This document shows, piece by piece, positions 11,301 through 26,300 of a DNA stretch of 64,000 bases. Positions within the stretch are counted from its first letter, which is position 1; each line of letters begins with the position of its first letter. A model generated the notes under the pieces. That model searched no databases and was not told the DNA's origin. It was given only the letters and a program-made list of their open reading frames with translations. The stretch comes from Camelus dromedarius (Eukaryota), in contig NC_087436.1 of assembly GCF_036321535.1 (NCBI RefSeq), positions 72,046,001 through 72,110,000 of the forward strand. The letters are read 5' to 3'. Made by a program: the position numbers and the translations under genes.

Positions 11301-14300
11301 AAGTGCTTCCTATTACACAAAAGGGATGATGCCGGTTACAGTGATATATTCCAAATTCCAAATTTTGAGCAGATCTGTGAGATGCACAAAGAGAATCAAG
11401 TGTCAGTGAAAGAGAGGTAAGCCACTTTTCCTTGCCTGGTCTTTGAAAAAGAGTATTTTTTAATTTTGAAGACAGATCTCTCTCTCTCTTTTTTTTTTAA
11501 TGTAAATGTCTCTGAGCACACAATGCTTTATTACAAAGATTTAAAGTAAAAATTTGAGCTATAATATATTTTTTCTCTGACAATAGAATGACAATATGGT
11601 CTCGGTGAACCCTAGAGGATGCGAAACTGTCCGTGCCATGAAACATTAAAAATGCCTAGGATCTGTAAAGAACCCATCTCTCTAAGGGTTAAATTGGTCA
11701 GACCAGTAGCAAATGATGTTGAAAAACACAGTCAAGTAGGCAAAGCACAGTAAATAGAGTATTGGGAACACAGAACAGGTAGTAGCTCAAGCAAGAGGCT
11801 GGTATTTGGGGGGTTCACCAAGGGATAGCAGGAGAAATACCTGATAGCCATGGAGATAGAGCCCATCATTGGGAACCTGGAAATAAGTAATAATTGTAGA
11901 CTGGACAGAGATGAGTTTTTTGCTCAAGAACTCTGTATAATTCCCACCTGGAGTGGAGAGCATTATAGCCAACGGGAAGACGAGCTCATATTTTGGTTTG
12001 CTAGTTAGCATAGAGGTCTGTTTTTTGAGAGTGGAGTGTGAACAAGTGACTGGGGCTTAGAGGCAGGAAACCAATACCAAGAGAGGTAGAAATGCCAAGA
12101 GAAGTGTAGGCTTCAGCTCTCAAGGAAGGCAGCTCTGGCTGTCTTACAAGACAGGCTCGGACACGGGGAATATGGGAAAGATCTGATTGCCGAATCTAGT
12201 GCAAGAGGCATGGTGGTGATTTGATTTCAGATTTTAGACATGGAACTCTTGACCAGAAATTAATGAGCAGACAGGATGACTTGATGCTGAATAACATAAG
12301 CACCTTTAATTTGCCCACACAGGGCCAGAATTGCCCCAGAGATTCCTGAGCCTTCCAAAAGGAATTAAACGGCCTCAGTCACTCAGGGAGAAAGGACTAA
12401 GGGACAGGGGATTGGGCAAGTTCCAACTTGTCTGACGTTAGGAGCAACCAAATGAGAAACTGAACTATGAGCTTGGCTACCTCTGTACTGTAGTGCTATT
12501 CACTCTAGGTGAGAATTATAAAATCAGATTTGGGTAGAACATTCAGAGATTAAAAATCTAACCAATACTCAGGCAGTGAATCTAATCTCTTCTTGAATAC
12601 TTACTATTTAGTCAGTAATAAAGAGTTGTTTTGTATGCTACTTTAACTTATGTGCATACAGCTATAAATATTCAGGAGAAAAGTAATTTTCTATCTACTT
12701 GCCGTATAATTATATGCCAACAATTTTATTTAATTCTCAACCAAGGAAACAATAACATATCAAAGCTGGAGGAAAAGTCAGATATTTGGGACCTATCAAA
12801 AGACAGCATAGCACACAGATACACAAAACCTTAATTACTGTACCTTTGAATTATCTAAGGAATTTTTAATAACAGTTTTGATTATTGTGAGATTTTATTA
12901 TTTATATGACTGTAGTATCAAACTTCCAACCTTAGTGAGATGCTGTGTTACCTTACAACAGGGACATTCTATTTTTTAAGTGACTTTAATTATTAGAAAG
13001 CTTTTCCATATACTAAGTTAAACTTTGCCTTTGGAAATTAGTTTGGTTCAATACCAAATATCCTCTAAGGGAACTAAGTTACTGTAGCACAAAAATGAGC
13101 CCTTAGTTTAACAGCATACTCAACAGAGAGCAGAGGTATTGAATGGCTCCAGTAAAATTTCATATTGACCAAGAATTTTGCCCTATCTTGGGTGGCAGGT
13201 GTATCTTGATAATCAATTCTGCTTTTCTTTTTCTGCAAGTTGGGCTTTAGAAACTGCTGAAACAAATCTATTGGCTGAACTTTCAAGAGTAAGGTTTGAG
13301 ACACCTTGATGAGAGTGGAGAAGGTTTTTTGGTTTGTTTCTGCAGAGCTTAGACCTACTTTTCTAAGTCTTGTCCAATCACTAATGAATAAGTTCAGTTC
13401 CAGAATTTGATCTAGTTTTCCCTGTCCTTGGATTGTGGATGATTTTCCCTTCATAGGTTTTTTAAAAAGCAAAAGTAATAATCCCAGGATAAGCTAAATT
13501 ACACTATGTTGGCAAATTACCTCTAATTTTCAGCAACTTAATGTAACAAAAGTTTTATTTTTCACACAGGCTCTCTGGCCAGTGTTGATTGGTAGGATGT
13601 CTGCTTATCATAGTCACTGAGGGACTTGCTGACAGAGGCCCCATCTCAACACCTGCCTTCCTGATTACCGTGGCAAGGGGAGGGGATGGTAGTAAACCAT
13701 GCATTGCCTCTGAAGTCTTTATTTGGAGTAACACTCATTGTTTCTACTCACATATTATTAACCACGGCAAGTCACATTATCATGCCTCACTTCAGAGGGG
13801 GTGGGAATGTGCAATCCTATCCTTTGCCTGGAAGGAGGGGAGGTGGAACTGTTTGATAAATTACTCTAATGGCCACCATTTTGATCACTCACCAACAAGA
13901 AAAGATTTCTTGCTCTTAACCTATGGGAAATGCTAGCACAGGATTGCTATACATATCAGCTGTTAGATAAAGTCTCTGCTGAGGCTTGGTTAGTGTTTCA
14001 GGCCTCCTGCAAAATCTCCCATCTTCGTTAGAGCAATGTCTGGCCATGTCTGTATCTGTCTCTAAGCCTCAGAGAGCTGCGAGAAATACTCTTCTGATGA
14101 AGTTCCGCATGGATATGGTCCCTGACCCCAGAAACCCTAGCTGTCTTTTTTAGTGTGATTTAGTTTCCTAGCTTCTGTAGAACTAGGGGATCCTAGTCAA
14201 ATATTTCAGGCACTTCTTTGGCCATTTGTCACAAGCTATAATTGCTTTTTCAATCATTATAGTGAAGGCAATAGTAGCAAACTTGTCATCAGACTAGACT

Positions 14301-17300
14301 TCAATGGCTGCTGCAATTGTAGCCCTAGTTGGCATCCCAAGAGGAATGGCAGTTACGGACGTTGCAGGAGTAAAGCTTTAGACACTATCCAAGGAGTGGG
14401 CGGCGGGAGGAACCTACCAGCGTGCCATGCCTGGTCTCTGTTCTTTGTCTGTCACTTTCCCCATTGTCTCTTTAATGCTGAGATGATGCTTTTTATCTAT
14501 CACTTCCCTCATTGTCCCTTTAATGTTGAGAACCAGGGCCACTTTTTTCTGGTGACTTAGGCTTACTTTGTAGACATTACATCTTAAAACTTCACTAGGG
14601 GCAACATGGTAATAATCAGGATGGACTCGGCTATGCTGTGGTAACAAGTAAATCCAGAATATTCAGTGACTTAATTCAATAAATATTTATTTCTTGCTCA
14701 TGGTAGTCTAAATTGGATGGTTCTCTTAGGTGACCCTCGAGGAGGCTGGTTCCTGGCTAAAAACCTATGCGTGGTTTTATGTTTTTGTTTTTTCAGGCAG
14801 TCCTGACAGTAGGCATTTATAAATGACAGGTCTCAAAAGGGAGAGCTGCCCTCCTCACACCAGAATTGGTGCACAGCCAATGCATCGCCGTCTCTGAAGA
14901 AGTTGCAGTCAAAGACTGGCTGGTGTGTGCCTATGAATAGCTGCACTGGGAGTCAAGGTGCCTGCATTTGGAGGCCTTTTAATAGGGGGCCTTTGACAGA
15001 GGCCTTCTTCGGTGCCTCTGCTGAGACTTCCTTATGGGGGGATGGAGAAAGACTTAAAGAGAGTTTTCAGCCCTTTGACTCAGTACTCAGATCTTTCTCC
15101 TCTCCTTCTCCCTTGCCCCAGGGTCCACAAAGCTGCAGGAGCCTTTTGTCTGAGACTCCCCCAGGACTGAGCCACCCCATGTCTGTGGCGATCTGCCTGA
15201 TTCTTGCTTGGTGCAGGTCCACAGCGGGGGAAGTGAAGTTGGGGCGAGTAGTCAGCTTAGCGTTTTGCTTACACTATCCCAGTATGTAGTTAAATCCTTG
15301 ACTCTTACTTTCATTTTGGCTTTTTGTCTTCATTGGCTACTCTGGCGCTCGGCAGCTCAGCCTTCTCCAGCTCAGCTCAGCTCCTGACAACTCTCCTCCA
15401 AGGGGTAACTCAGGAATGAAAGATGCTTCCATGTTGGAGCTATACCATCTGGAGCATGTGTTTCCAAGGTTACTGTGAAAAAGAAAGAGGGAGAGTAGGG
15501 AACCGTGCAAAGTAATTAATAGCCAAGTCTAGAAGTGGTGTATGGTATGTTTATTCATATTTCATTGATTAGAACTCAGCTAGATGTTCCCACCTAACTG
15601 CAAGGGAGGCTGGGAGAGTAGTCTTCCTGTGTGCATAAGAACGGGTCTGTGTGAGCATTGAGCCAGTTTTTGTCTGCAATGTCAGCTTTTACGGGGTATT
15701 TGTGTATGTGGCGGGGGAGGGGGTGAGTAAGTGATTTGCACAAGTTTCGTGGAATAGTGTGAGGAGATACGATTATAAGTGAAAGGCAGACCTGATGCCC
15801 AGGCTCTACAGTGAGTGTGAAGAATGAATTAGAGAAGGAAATAAAGACTGGGATTCAGCAGCAAACCAAAGCACTGAGTGACACATCTTGGAGGACAATG
15901 GCATTATCCTTCCTAGTCTAGAAAGAACTTATGGGTGATCTAGAGATTCCTCTTCACCCACCAATAGCTTCAAATTTAATTCCCCTTCACCAGGTGTGCA
16001 ATCATCTATTTATAATCAGTTGAGACTAAGGAACTTCTGACCTTCTACTACTTCTATAAAAATGAAGAGTTTTAATTAGTTAATTACTTCATTAATTACT
16101 GATTTTTTCCCTCTACTGGCCCAGAAGGTACAGTTGGTCACTTCATGGGCACTTGGAGAATGTCTGACCAACCTCACAGTGACCTATCAAGAGTGAACAT
16201 TTGATGTATTTAAGTACAGTGCCATCTCATCTCTGTCACCAGGAAATTCTACAAGTTTCAGGTCAACAAATCTAAATGGACACCAAGTTTTTAGGACGCA
16301 GTGTCAGCACATGTTCTTGAATTCCAAATTATATAACTTTGTATTTGTCAAATTACAGGTACATGTATGAAACGTCTAGAAAGCACCCATTCTTGTACGG
16401 CCCCACTATTCTGACCATGTCAGCTTGCTATGAAACAGCTATTCAGTCATGTTGCCAAGAAGGAAATAAGACCGAATGCTTCCAGAGAAAGGTAAAATAC
16501 TCTTAAGTTAACTGTTTTTTAGGGCCTTGTTGTGCTAAATGTGGCCTGTGGACCACAGGCAGGTGCATTACCTGGAAACCTGTTAGAAATGCAAGACCTG
16601 AAGCTCTTCTCTAGCCCTACTAAATAAGACTTCATTCTAACAAGGTACTCAGGCAGTTCTTATAGTCCTTAAAATGAGAGAAGCATATCTAGTGTAGCTA
16701 TCACTTCTTAATAAAGATTTAATACCCCAGTTATTATTGCTGAATAACAGAACACCCCAAAGTTTAGTCTCAAAACAATAACAATCATTTATTATCTCTC
16801 GTGGTTTCTATGGGTCAGGGATTCAGGAAGAGGCTTATCTGGGGCATTCTGGCTCCTGATTTTTCATGTGCCACACAATGGATGGATCTGGGACTCTGAG
16901 GGGCTGAAGCACTTGGGGGTTGGTTCAACGTCTCTTTCTTCTCATGTCATCTCAGTGCTTCTGCATGTGGTTTCTCTGGCTTGGCTAGTTTGGGCTCCCT
17001 TCCAGCACGGCAGCCTCAGGGAATAAGACTGCTGATACGTGGCCAAAGTCTCAAGAATGAACATTCTAGTGGATAAAGCAGAAGTTGTATGGCCTGTTCT
17101 GACCAGGCCTCAAAAGTTACTTCTGCTATACGCTATTATTGGTTGAAACACTGTAAACCTCACCAGTTTGAAGGAGAAAGTAAATAAACTGTAAGAAAAG
17201 CTCATTGTAAGAAGAGATGAGATAGAAGATATTTTTGTAGCCATCTTTGGAAAATACAGTTCGCCACACTTAATTTTAACCAGGTGGCCTTTTCTCCTTT

Positions 17301-20300
17301 ATTGAATAGATGTAAATCAGTGATTAGTTCCAAGATAAAAGTACTTTTTATGCATGCTCATTAAAGTTTATAAATATCAACATAAAATAACCATCTTTAG
17401 AGGGGGCACCAGATGGATTTTCCCAAAGGTCATACTGAAATGAATAGTAGTTTGATAATCATTTTGAAAAAATCCCTCAAGGTTAAGTGCAGTGCCACTT
17501 TTTTCTTGCTGTTTTCTTTGATCTTCTCAGTGAGAATTTCTCTCATATTCCTCTCAACCCCTATTTCTCTATTTCCCTAAACCTATTTCTCCTATTGAGC
17601 TTCTCCTCATCATCTGCTTTGTGTAAGAAATTCAATAATGTATTGAAAGAGTCTCTAACGTATGCCAAGTACTCAGTGATCATCGCTATTATCATTAAAG
17701 CTATATATATATATTTCTTACCTTCCTTCCATTCTTTCCCTGGTGAACTCCAATTCCTCCAGAAGCCAATTCTGAATTCCTAAGCAGGACAGTCTTTTTT
17801 TCCCCCTTTTTATTTCATATTATTAAAAACAACAAAAAACAAGTGATTGTGCAGACATGTCTCGTTACCTGACATTTCTGAAGAATGAGCTTTTTCATGG
17901 GGGTTGGTTTTTGTTTATTTGTTTGTTTTAAGGTAATCGGTTACAAAGTTTTCTTAATCTTAATCCTTTTCAGAGGAAATTAATGCCCCTATAATTTAAG
18001 CATAAGCAGGTGCTTTTAAGTTAGCCAAGAGGTCTTTCCTTGTCTCCCCCACTTTGTGATGTTTGCAGTCTTGCTGCTTCCAGGATGTTTGCTACTACAA
18101 GTTCTTCCTCCGAGTAAGTTGCGTAGCCAAGTGTGTATAAAGTGTGCCTGATCAGAGAATGCCGTTTATGAGTTAAGTCTTCACAGTCTTTCTTATGAAG
18201 AAGTGGATAAGCTTGTTTGTATTTGATTTCAAGAGTCTAATACAACAAAATAAGGATAAAAATGATATTTATAATTACAAAATATAAATGACTATTGTGC
18301 CAGTTCTGTGCTTTGAAAATTGCCTCTATATAAATTTTCTAACTTGTTCTTAAAAATAGGTGAGGTGCTGAAACCTGAAGTAAAAATAATATATGGTCAA
18401 TATCATGTTTTAAGTGAAAATATAAATATAAATTTAAAATAAAATTTTAAAATATTACTTATATTCCCACCACACAGAGATACTGATTTTGGTATATTTC
18501 CTTTTATTCATTTTTTTCATTCACAGATTTTTTTTTACTCTTATTTTTTATTGAAGTGTAGTCGATTTACAATGTTAGTTTCAGGTGTACAGCAAGGTGA
18601 TTTAGTTATACATATACATACACACATATATTTATCTCCAGTTTCTTTTCCATTGCTGCTTATTACAAGAAATCGAATATAGTCCCCTACATTCACAGAT
18701 TTTATTTTATACATTGTTGTGATCACACTTAATATATAGTTTTGATTAGAGACTTAAATATACATACTTTTCATTAGAAGTATACATCTTTTCAAAATAA
18801 TGTGCCATTATTCACTTAACCATCACCCTTCTTTTGTGATACTTTGTCTCCGAAATTTTGCTACCATAACAGAACATGCATGTTCTTCTTTTTGCATAAT
18901 TATGTTTTTATTTGTTTAGAAACACTTATTTGCAATAGAGTTTCAAAAGTCAAAATCCTGGGTTAAAGAATATGAATATTTTGGGGGGGCACTCCAATTA
19001 ATATGTATTATAAAACGAGCATGTATTTTAGATAAGCATTTGGAGACATGTTCAGGATGACAGAGCTAGTAACTTGAATAAAACCAGAATACAAATGTAA
19101 GACATTATTGGAATTTATTTTAGTGGCTCTTTGGACTTTTGTTTGCTCATTTTCTCATTTATATGCCAAATATCTAAGTTCTGGGACAAGTGATCTCTGG
19201 GTGAGATGTTATTTTATTAAAAAAAAAAAACAACTCCACCAAGTTATGCTTTTGCATTTGGCTTTGTAGATAAGACAATAAAAAATTTCTAATTTTGAGG
19301 AGATACACAATTTTTATTTTTATCTCTTCCTTACTAGTGATGAGATGAACTTTTTCTGTTATTACCATATTTCTTTGATGATGAGTCATTTTTCTAATTA
19401 CAGCTAGAACCCATCAGAAAGTACATTAGAGAAATATCTTTGAGGCATCACCACTTATGTGAAATTGGGATTAAATTCAACCACAAGGTAGCAAAAGCGG
19501 TGTAAGTTACCTGTTTAGATTTGTGCACTTTGTTGCTTTGGATCACCCTCTTTGATTAAACTCCTTTGAAAAATCTTTTATCTTTCGTTTACTAATGCCT
19601 CTCAGTATAAACCTGGTTCCTTTCTCTACATGTCTGCTACTTGCCTATTTGATAGGGCACACAGGGCTGTGCGTGAAATTGCACAATCCTCATCTTCACC
19701 CACGTCTCCTGCCTCAATTTCTCCATCATCTCAAGTCCTTTAGGTTCTTCTTCAGTGCACAAGAGGTTCTGTATATTCAGATGCAAGCACTTAATTGTTC
19801 TGCACTGTAAAGGCTGGAGGACAAAAGGCATATTTCTCTTGGAAGATAGGAAAGATTTTGGCTCTAATGTCACCTAGAACAGAAAAAGCAAGTGGTGTTT
19901 TTTGGGGAGTAGGGATGGAGGAGTGCGAGTTAGGAGGAGAATAAGAATCTGATAATACTCAGGCCCTTCTTTCTTGGCTCAGATTGTGTTTCTTTCCAAG
20001 TTTATCCCGGAAGACATGCATCTTCCTTATTTCCCCTTCTTCCCCAATTTAGGACACGTTGGGCTGCCTGGAAGCTCAGTTCTCCTTACAAGGCAGGCCC
20101 ATTTTTCATACTTCTAGAAAAATTTCAGGGATGTTGTTCAGTTGTCAACAGAAAGGGGCAAGGAAGAACCAAACCTCCTATAATTATTGTCTTTATGATA
20201 AAGAATTTTATTTGAAAAGTCAGGTCAGATAAATTCCCAAATTACCTATCTAAGCAACTCAGATTTTTTAAGCAATAGTTTAAGTGATGAAAATGACTAT

Positions 20301-23300
20301 ATTTACACAATTCTGAACTGAATTTTCATTTGGTGACTTAGATCTCTGGCTCTGGGTTCTATCACTGAGGAAATAGAAAACAATTATAACATATTACTTT
20401 CTTCATCCCTCATTTGTAAATATGTTTCTATTTTGGTTACTTGGTGAACTAGGATTAATTTTAGAAAGGATTGAATTCAAAATACTGTTTAAAATGTACT
20501 TTTTTTTTTTTTTTCAGGGAACTGGTTCTGTTGACTAAAAAACAACCGAAAGCTAACTTTTCTGAAATTGCCAAACTGGCCACGGATATTAAAAATCTGC
20601 ATCAGACCTGTTGTGAAGGAAATGCAGCAGCATGTGTGTTTGGCAGGGTAAGAGCCTCTTTTTCTTAAAACTCACTTCAGTCCTTAAAATACCTGTAATT
20701 CTTAAGTAAAAGTGTCAGTAATATATAATGAATCTAAAAAAGCAGTTGTCATTTCTCAATGTTATCAGTAGAATGGTGTCTCCTGTCCTCTCTTCTCAGC
20801 TCATGTGATAATTATTTTCTTCCTTTTCCTTCCTCCCTCCCTTCCTTCTTCCCTTCTTCCTTCCTTCCTCATTCTGTCTTACTTTACTTTATTCTTTTAT
20901 TCTTAAGATTTTAGAGTTGATCTATAATTTCTTTCCAAAGTGGGATTATATTTCATTCATCTTTAAATCTTGAGCAAATCCTGGAATTGCAAACTATACC
21001 CTCAGGCCACATCAGCCTGGAGGAAAGAAGAAACAAGCAAAACAAAGATGTGGCATCAAGGGGTGAGAGCCGTGGGGCATGGACAGCTTAGAACTCACTG
21101 GCCCTACATCCAAAGTCTCAGAGATGGTGGGAGAAGTTTTCAGTCTGAATAGAATGCCTATATTCTTACAGTTTCTTTCATCAATTTTCTTTCTCTCTTC
21201 TATGACTCTTAAAATTAGTATTCTCAGTAAATCTGTTCTTGCCTTTTCCTTTTGTAACCATCCAGCAAGGAGTCACTCTCCCCTAAGTCACTGCTGGGCC
21301 ATAAGGACGCTTCCTTCCAGCCTCACAGCTAGGTGGAACCTAGTCAGAAGTGATTTATGCCATTTCTAGGCCTGGCCCACCCCGATGTTCACAGCAGCAC
21401 TATTTACAATAACCAAGACATGGAAACAACCTAAATGTCCATTAACAGATGACTGGATAAAGAAGTTGTGGTATATTTACACAATGGAATACTACTCAGC
21501 CATAAAAATAATAAAATAATGCCATTACAGCAACATGCATGGACCTGGAAATCATCATACTAAGTTAAGTAAGCCAGAAAGAGAAAGAAAAATGCCATAT
21601 GGTATCACTTACATGTGGAATCTTAAAAAAAAAAAGAGAGAGAGAGAGAGAAATAAACTTATTTGCAGAACAGAAAGAGACTCAGACACAGAAAACAAAC
21701 TTATGCTTACCAGAGGGGAAGGGGGTGAGAAAAGATAAATTGGGAGTTTGAGATTTGCAGATGCTAACTACTATATATAAAGTAGATAAACAACAAATTT
21801 ATACTGTATAGCACAGAGAACTATATTCAATATCTTGCAGTAACTATAATGAAGATGAATATGAAAATGAATATATGTATGTATACGTATGACAGAACTA
21901 TTCTGCTCTACACCAGAAATTGACACAACATTGTAAGCTGACTATATTTTAATTAAAAAAAAGAATCGCCTTGCCAAATTGCCTCCAAACTGAGAGCAAT
22001 GTTAGAACCCACAGGCTGGAGATGGCAGAGCCTCCGTCTGCCTGGTTCCCAGAACTACTGCCTAGAGGCAGTTCACTTCCCCTTCTCAACAGGGACTTAC
22101 TGAGAAAGAAACAAATTTGATTCTTTCAAGCCACTGAGAGCAGGTTCCTCTCGTAACTAACATACACGTTCTCCCTTGTCGGTCTCAACCTGACCTCATA
22201 ACGTGGATTCAATTAATCACTCTCAGATTCGGATCTTCAGTACATTCTTCTTCGTTCCTGATCCCTTAATCTACGCTCCCAGCTGCTTAGAGGAAATCTC
22301 CATGCAGACGCCTTAAGTCATTTTAGCCCTATATTCCAACAGTGAACTTTTTGGCTTCCCTTTTAAACCATTCTCCTCAAACCTGTTCTTTTCTCCTGAA
22401 TATCAATTTCAGTAAATTTTGCTGCCATCAACCCAGTGTCCCATATCATTCTAGATTCTTCATCTTCACCCCACTCCCTGCCTCCAATTGAATTATTGTT
22501 TATTAAAATCTTGTCACTTCTACCTCTTAGGAGCTCTGAAGTCTACCCAATCACTTTTTCCTTCCCAAGTATAATGTGTTCATTTCTCTAGCAATTTCTT
22601 TTATAGTGCATTATTAATGTCTAATTATTTAACTCTCCAACTAGATTGTGATTTCCTTAAGTATGGAGACTGGCTTGTTCACACACTCACATACTTATTT
22701 GTGTGTATGTGTGTATAAGTAAAAATGTAAGTGTAATGGTAATATAATAGTAATGTATATAGAAAATGACAGAGATGGAATGTTTTCTAAACTGGGATCC
22801 TAAAACAATAACAGTACCAAGTAATAAAACTCTTCATTTGTATTTTATTGGGTTAAACATGGAAACAATAATGCAATCTTCCTTTAAGTACTTTAAGAGG
22901 TGTTAAAAGAGCTTGTGACACTTGAGTATGGTCACATAGAGAGGTTTCTTATTAAAATGAGTCACTAGAATGAGCCTTATTAAAATGAGACCATTTTGGT
23001 ATCTCAGTTTGCCAAGGAAAAAAGCAATATAAGATGCCAAGTTTTTCTCTGGTTTCCTACTAATAACAATAAAAATAAATACGTTCAGAATGAAGTCATC
23101 AAAAATAACTGCTCCCTTTTATGTTTTATAGAGCCAGCTCATGAACTATATCTGCTCACAACAGGCCATCCTATCCAGCAAGTTCACTCCATGCTGTGAA
23201 CTGCCAGAGCCATTCCGAGGGGAATGCGTTATCACCTCGGAAAACGATGACAAACCTGATCTCTCATCCCTGCCACTCAGCAGGTTTACAGAAGACCAGT

Positions 23301-26300
23301 TTGTGTGCAAACAATTCACAGACAAGCAAGATGACTTCCTACAAGAGTAATATGATTTTCTATAAAAATCTTAATAATAGGATATTGTATATGTGGATTC
23401 TTTGGTAGAGACTGCAAACTCGAATGATGACACAGGCTAGCCAGTGATGTGAGTGAACAGTTAAATGGCCAAGAGGAGATGTGGATTCAAGGTGGCAGCT
23501 ACTATTTGGTTCTAGCTACTTGTTGCTATATGGGAAGACAGGCTTTGGGTGGTAGAGTCAAGTGCATTTTGAGGAAAGCTGGAAGTCTCTTGATTTTTAC
23601 ATATTGATAAATATTGATAACTAATATAGAAAATTAAAAAAACGTGTCAAGTGTGTGCCAGCTTTGCTCTAAGGGACTTAGAGTCATCTCTAAGTAAGAG
23701 CTGGCCAGCTCTTCTATTCTAATTAATTTAATACCTAACATCAAAGCCATGGTGCCATGGTGTGGCATTTCAAGATTAAAGAGTTGGAGCACTCATATCT
23801 CTGGTGACCATTCAGAAGTGCAAATTAATTTGGACATAAGGCAAACTGATTTCCATATACAATATTAAGACAGTATTGCTGTGTGACTTAAAGATTTCCA
23901 AAGTCGCTTTGTGAAGTATTATTGGGAACGACTAAATTCCAACAAAGCATAAGATTGAGTTTTCTTCAAAGTTTTCTACAGAGTAACATTAGCTGTATTT
24001 CTGAAATTCCATTTGACACTGGCTTATAAATGTCACTACCTGAACTCATTTATCCCTAAACTTGCATCCGGTACTGAAAAAGTTGATAGGCACGACTTCC
24101 TAGTGGAAATCACATTAGACCATGAGTAAAAGGCCTGAGTTCCAGGCTAGCTTGGCCATGCATCAGCTTTGAAATGCAATTCAAGCCATTTAATTTCCCC
24201 AGGCTTTTGGGTTCCAACTGTAAATTGAAGCAGTTGGATAAGATCACTTCCAAGGTCCCTCCTGTGATTCTATGATTCCTTTGAAAATATTCTAGTATCT
24301 AAGTTTCTCTTTCTTGTAACACCGAGGAATGTGGAGATTATGGACAATTTATACTTGAAAGCTTATGTGAAAAAATAGGGGTAGATGGTAATTTAGAACC
24401 TAGTCAGCACTTTCTTACAAAAATTTGTAATATTTATAAAATCTAGTCTCAAAGATCATTGAGAAAAATATTCTCACCCAACCACTTGAAATGAGTTTCT
24501 AGTAAAAGTAAGCAGAGACCCTGAGTCAGGAACTAAATCTTACCAGGATGTTTTAGGTTCAACTTTGGGTTTGCTACTCACTATTGTGTAAGTTTGGAAA
24601 AGTCTTATAATTTTATTGATTTGGTTTCCTTATCTCAAAATATAGCCAATAAAACCTCCCTGACACTGTCCCAAGATATTCAAATCCCTTAAAGTCAGTT
24701 AAAGTACTGAATAAATGTCATAGTCATAATTGGCTTTTGAAAACGAAAAGCTATGGCTTCTGAGTTTTACTGCTTATTTTCTAATGTGCTTCATGTGGAC
24801 ACAGGTTTCTTTATGAATATTCAAGAAGACATCCAGAGTTGGCAGTTCCAGTGATTTTAAGGGTGGATACAGTATATCAAAACTTACTGGGAAAATGCTG
24901 TAAATTAGAAAATCCGCTGGAATGCTATAGCCATGGGGTAAATTCCTTTTTTATTTTTTAACCTGTTACTCATAAGAGGTTACAAACCTAGGGAACAGTC
25001 CAGTGTTAGTGCATTATTAGTAGTGCCATGCTTTTGTAAGATAATTATGCGTGCGTGTTCTTTCTAACTGTAAGCATTACACAAGAGCTATGATTTCCAT
25101 CTAAACAAAAGGCCACATCATCACATAGTAATAACGCTCTGTGCAAGCCACTGCCTCGTAGATTCTGTGTTTTATGAAAACTTCTCTGTGCAATCTCCTT
25201 TTTAAAGTTTGCTTGGCACAGTAGCACGAAAGCACAGCCAGTTAGGGTAGGGGAAGGTTGACTGTTTTCACTGAGCAGGCCTGGAAACTGTCCCTACCTC
25301 AGGCCAGAAATCATACTGTTCACAGGCAGGAGCTCCTGTTGTGCAGTTGAAACAGAAGCAGCAAGTGGCCTCACAGATTTCCGACCAGATGATCTGTTAT
25401 CCGCGGGTTCGCAGGAGCCAGGTGGCTCTGGCTTTTGTTATTCCAATCAATGGCTTTTGTATTTGTAGAGATGTAGGGATGGAGGGCAAAGGCATTTCTT
25501 TTTCCTGTCCGGGCTCAAGCAGATCCACCTAGCATCTTTTTGTTCCCGGAGAGAAGGGTAAATGAATGTGATTTAGTCTGTAGATTAGCACTCTTTCATA
25601 GCATCACCTGTAGACCTCCACAGTAGTCGTTATGATAATTGGCCTTATAGGAGCACGGATGTTTAGAGTTTACAAAGTAGCTTTATAACCAGTGTCCTAT
25701 TTGATTCTCATGTCAGCTTGATAAGATGCGTGACATCAGAAGAACTAATACATTTTATAGATGAGAGTATTGCGTTTCAGAAGGTTCAAGTGACTTGCCC
25801 AATGTCACACAAGCAGTAAGGACAAGGCTATGGGTTAAGTCCAGGCAAACAGTTTGCAAATCGGGTAAAATTTTTACTATAACAAACACTGCTTATTAGG
25901 ATCAGTGGACAGGGTCTGAGGTCACGTAAGCTGATAACCAGTGCTCCTACCAAAGAGCTGAGTCTGCAAGGTCACTTTGTCTTCCCACTGGAATTTTATT
26001 TGCATGTTTCAAGAACTCTGAATTTGCAGTTTAGCTCTGAGAATTCCATGTGATTCACTCAGTGGGTATTTGCGGAGTGCTTTACTATGTTCAAGTCTGG
26101 TACACGTTTTATTAAACCTGACTTCTTAATACCTATCTATATTTCTGTATGTATATCTGAACTGTTTTAAATGAAAATGTATTATTAAAAATCACCGATA
26201 CACACACATACATACACACACCCACACTCTGATCAACTGAACTTAGATCTATAAATTACTTTAAAGGACCTCTTCCTGGCTTGATGAATGATTTGCTTTA

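Noticed and set aside
21535..21738. 67-aa ORF
   Set aside because: Degenerate L1 ORF2 end and 3' UTR.
22948..22989. 14-nt direct repeat cttattaaaatgag upstream of exon 8
   Set aside because: Ordinary local micro-duplication; two copies only, with no array structure.
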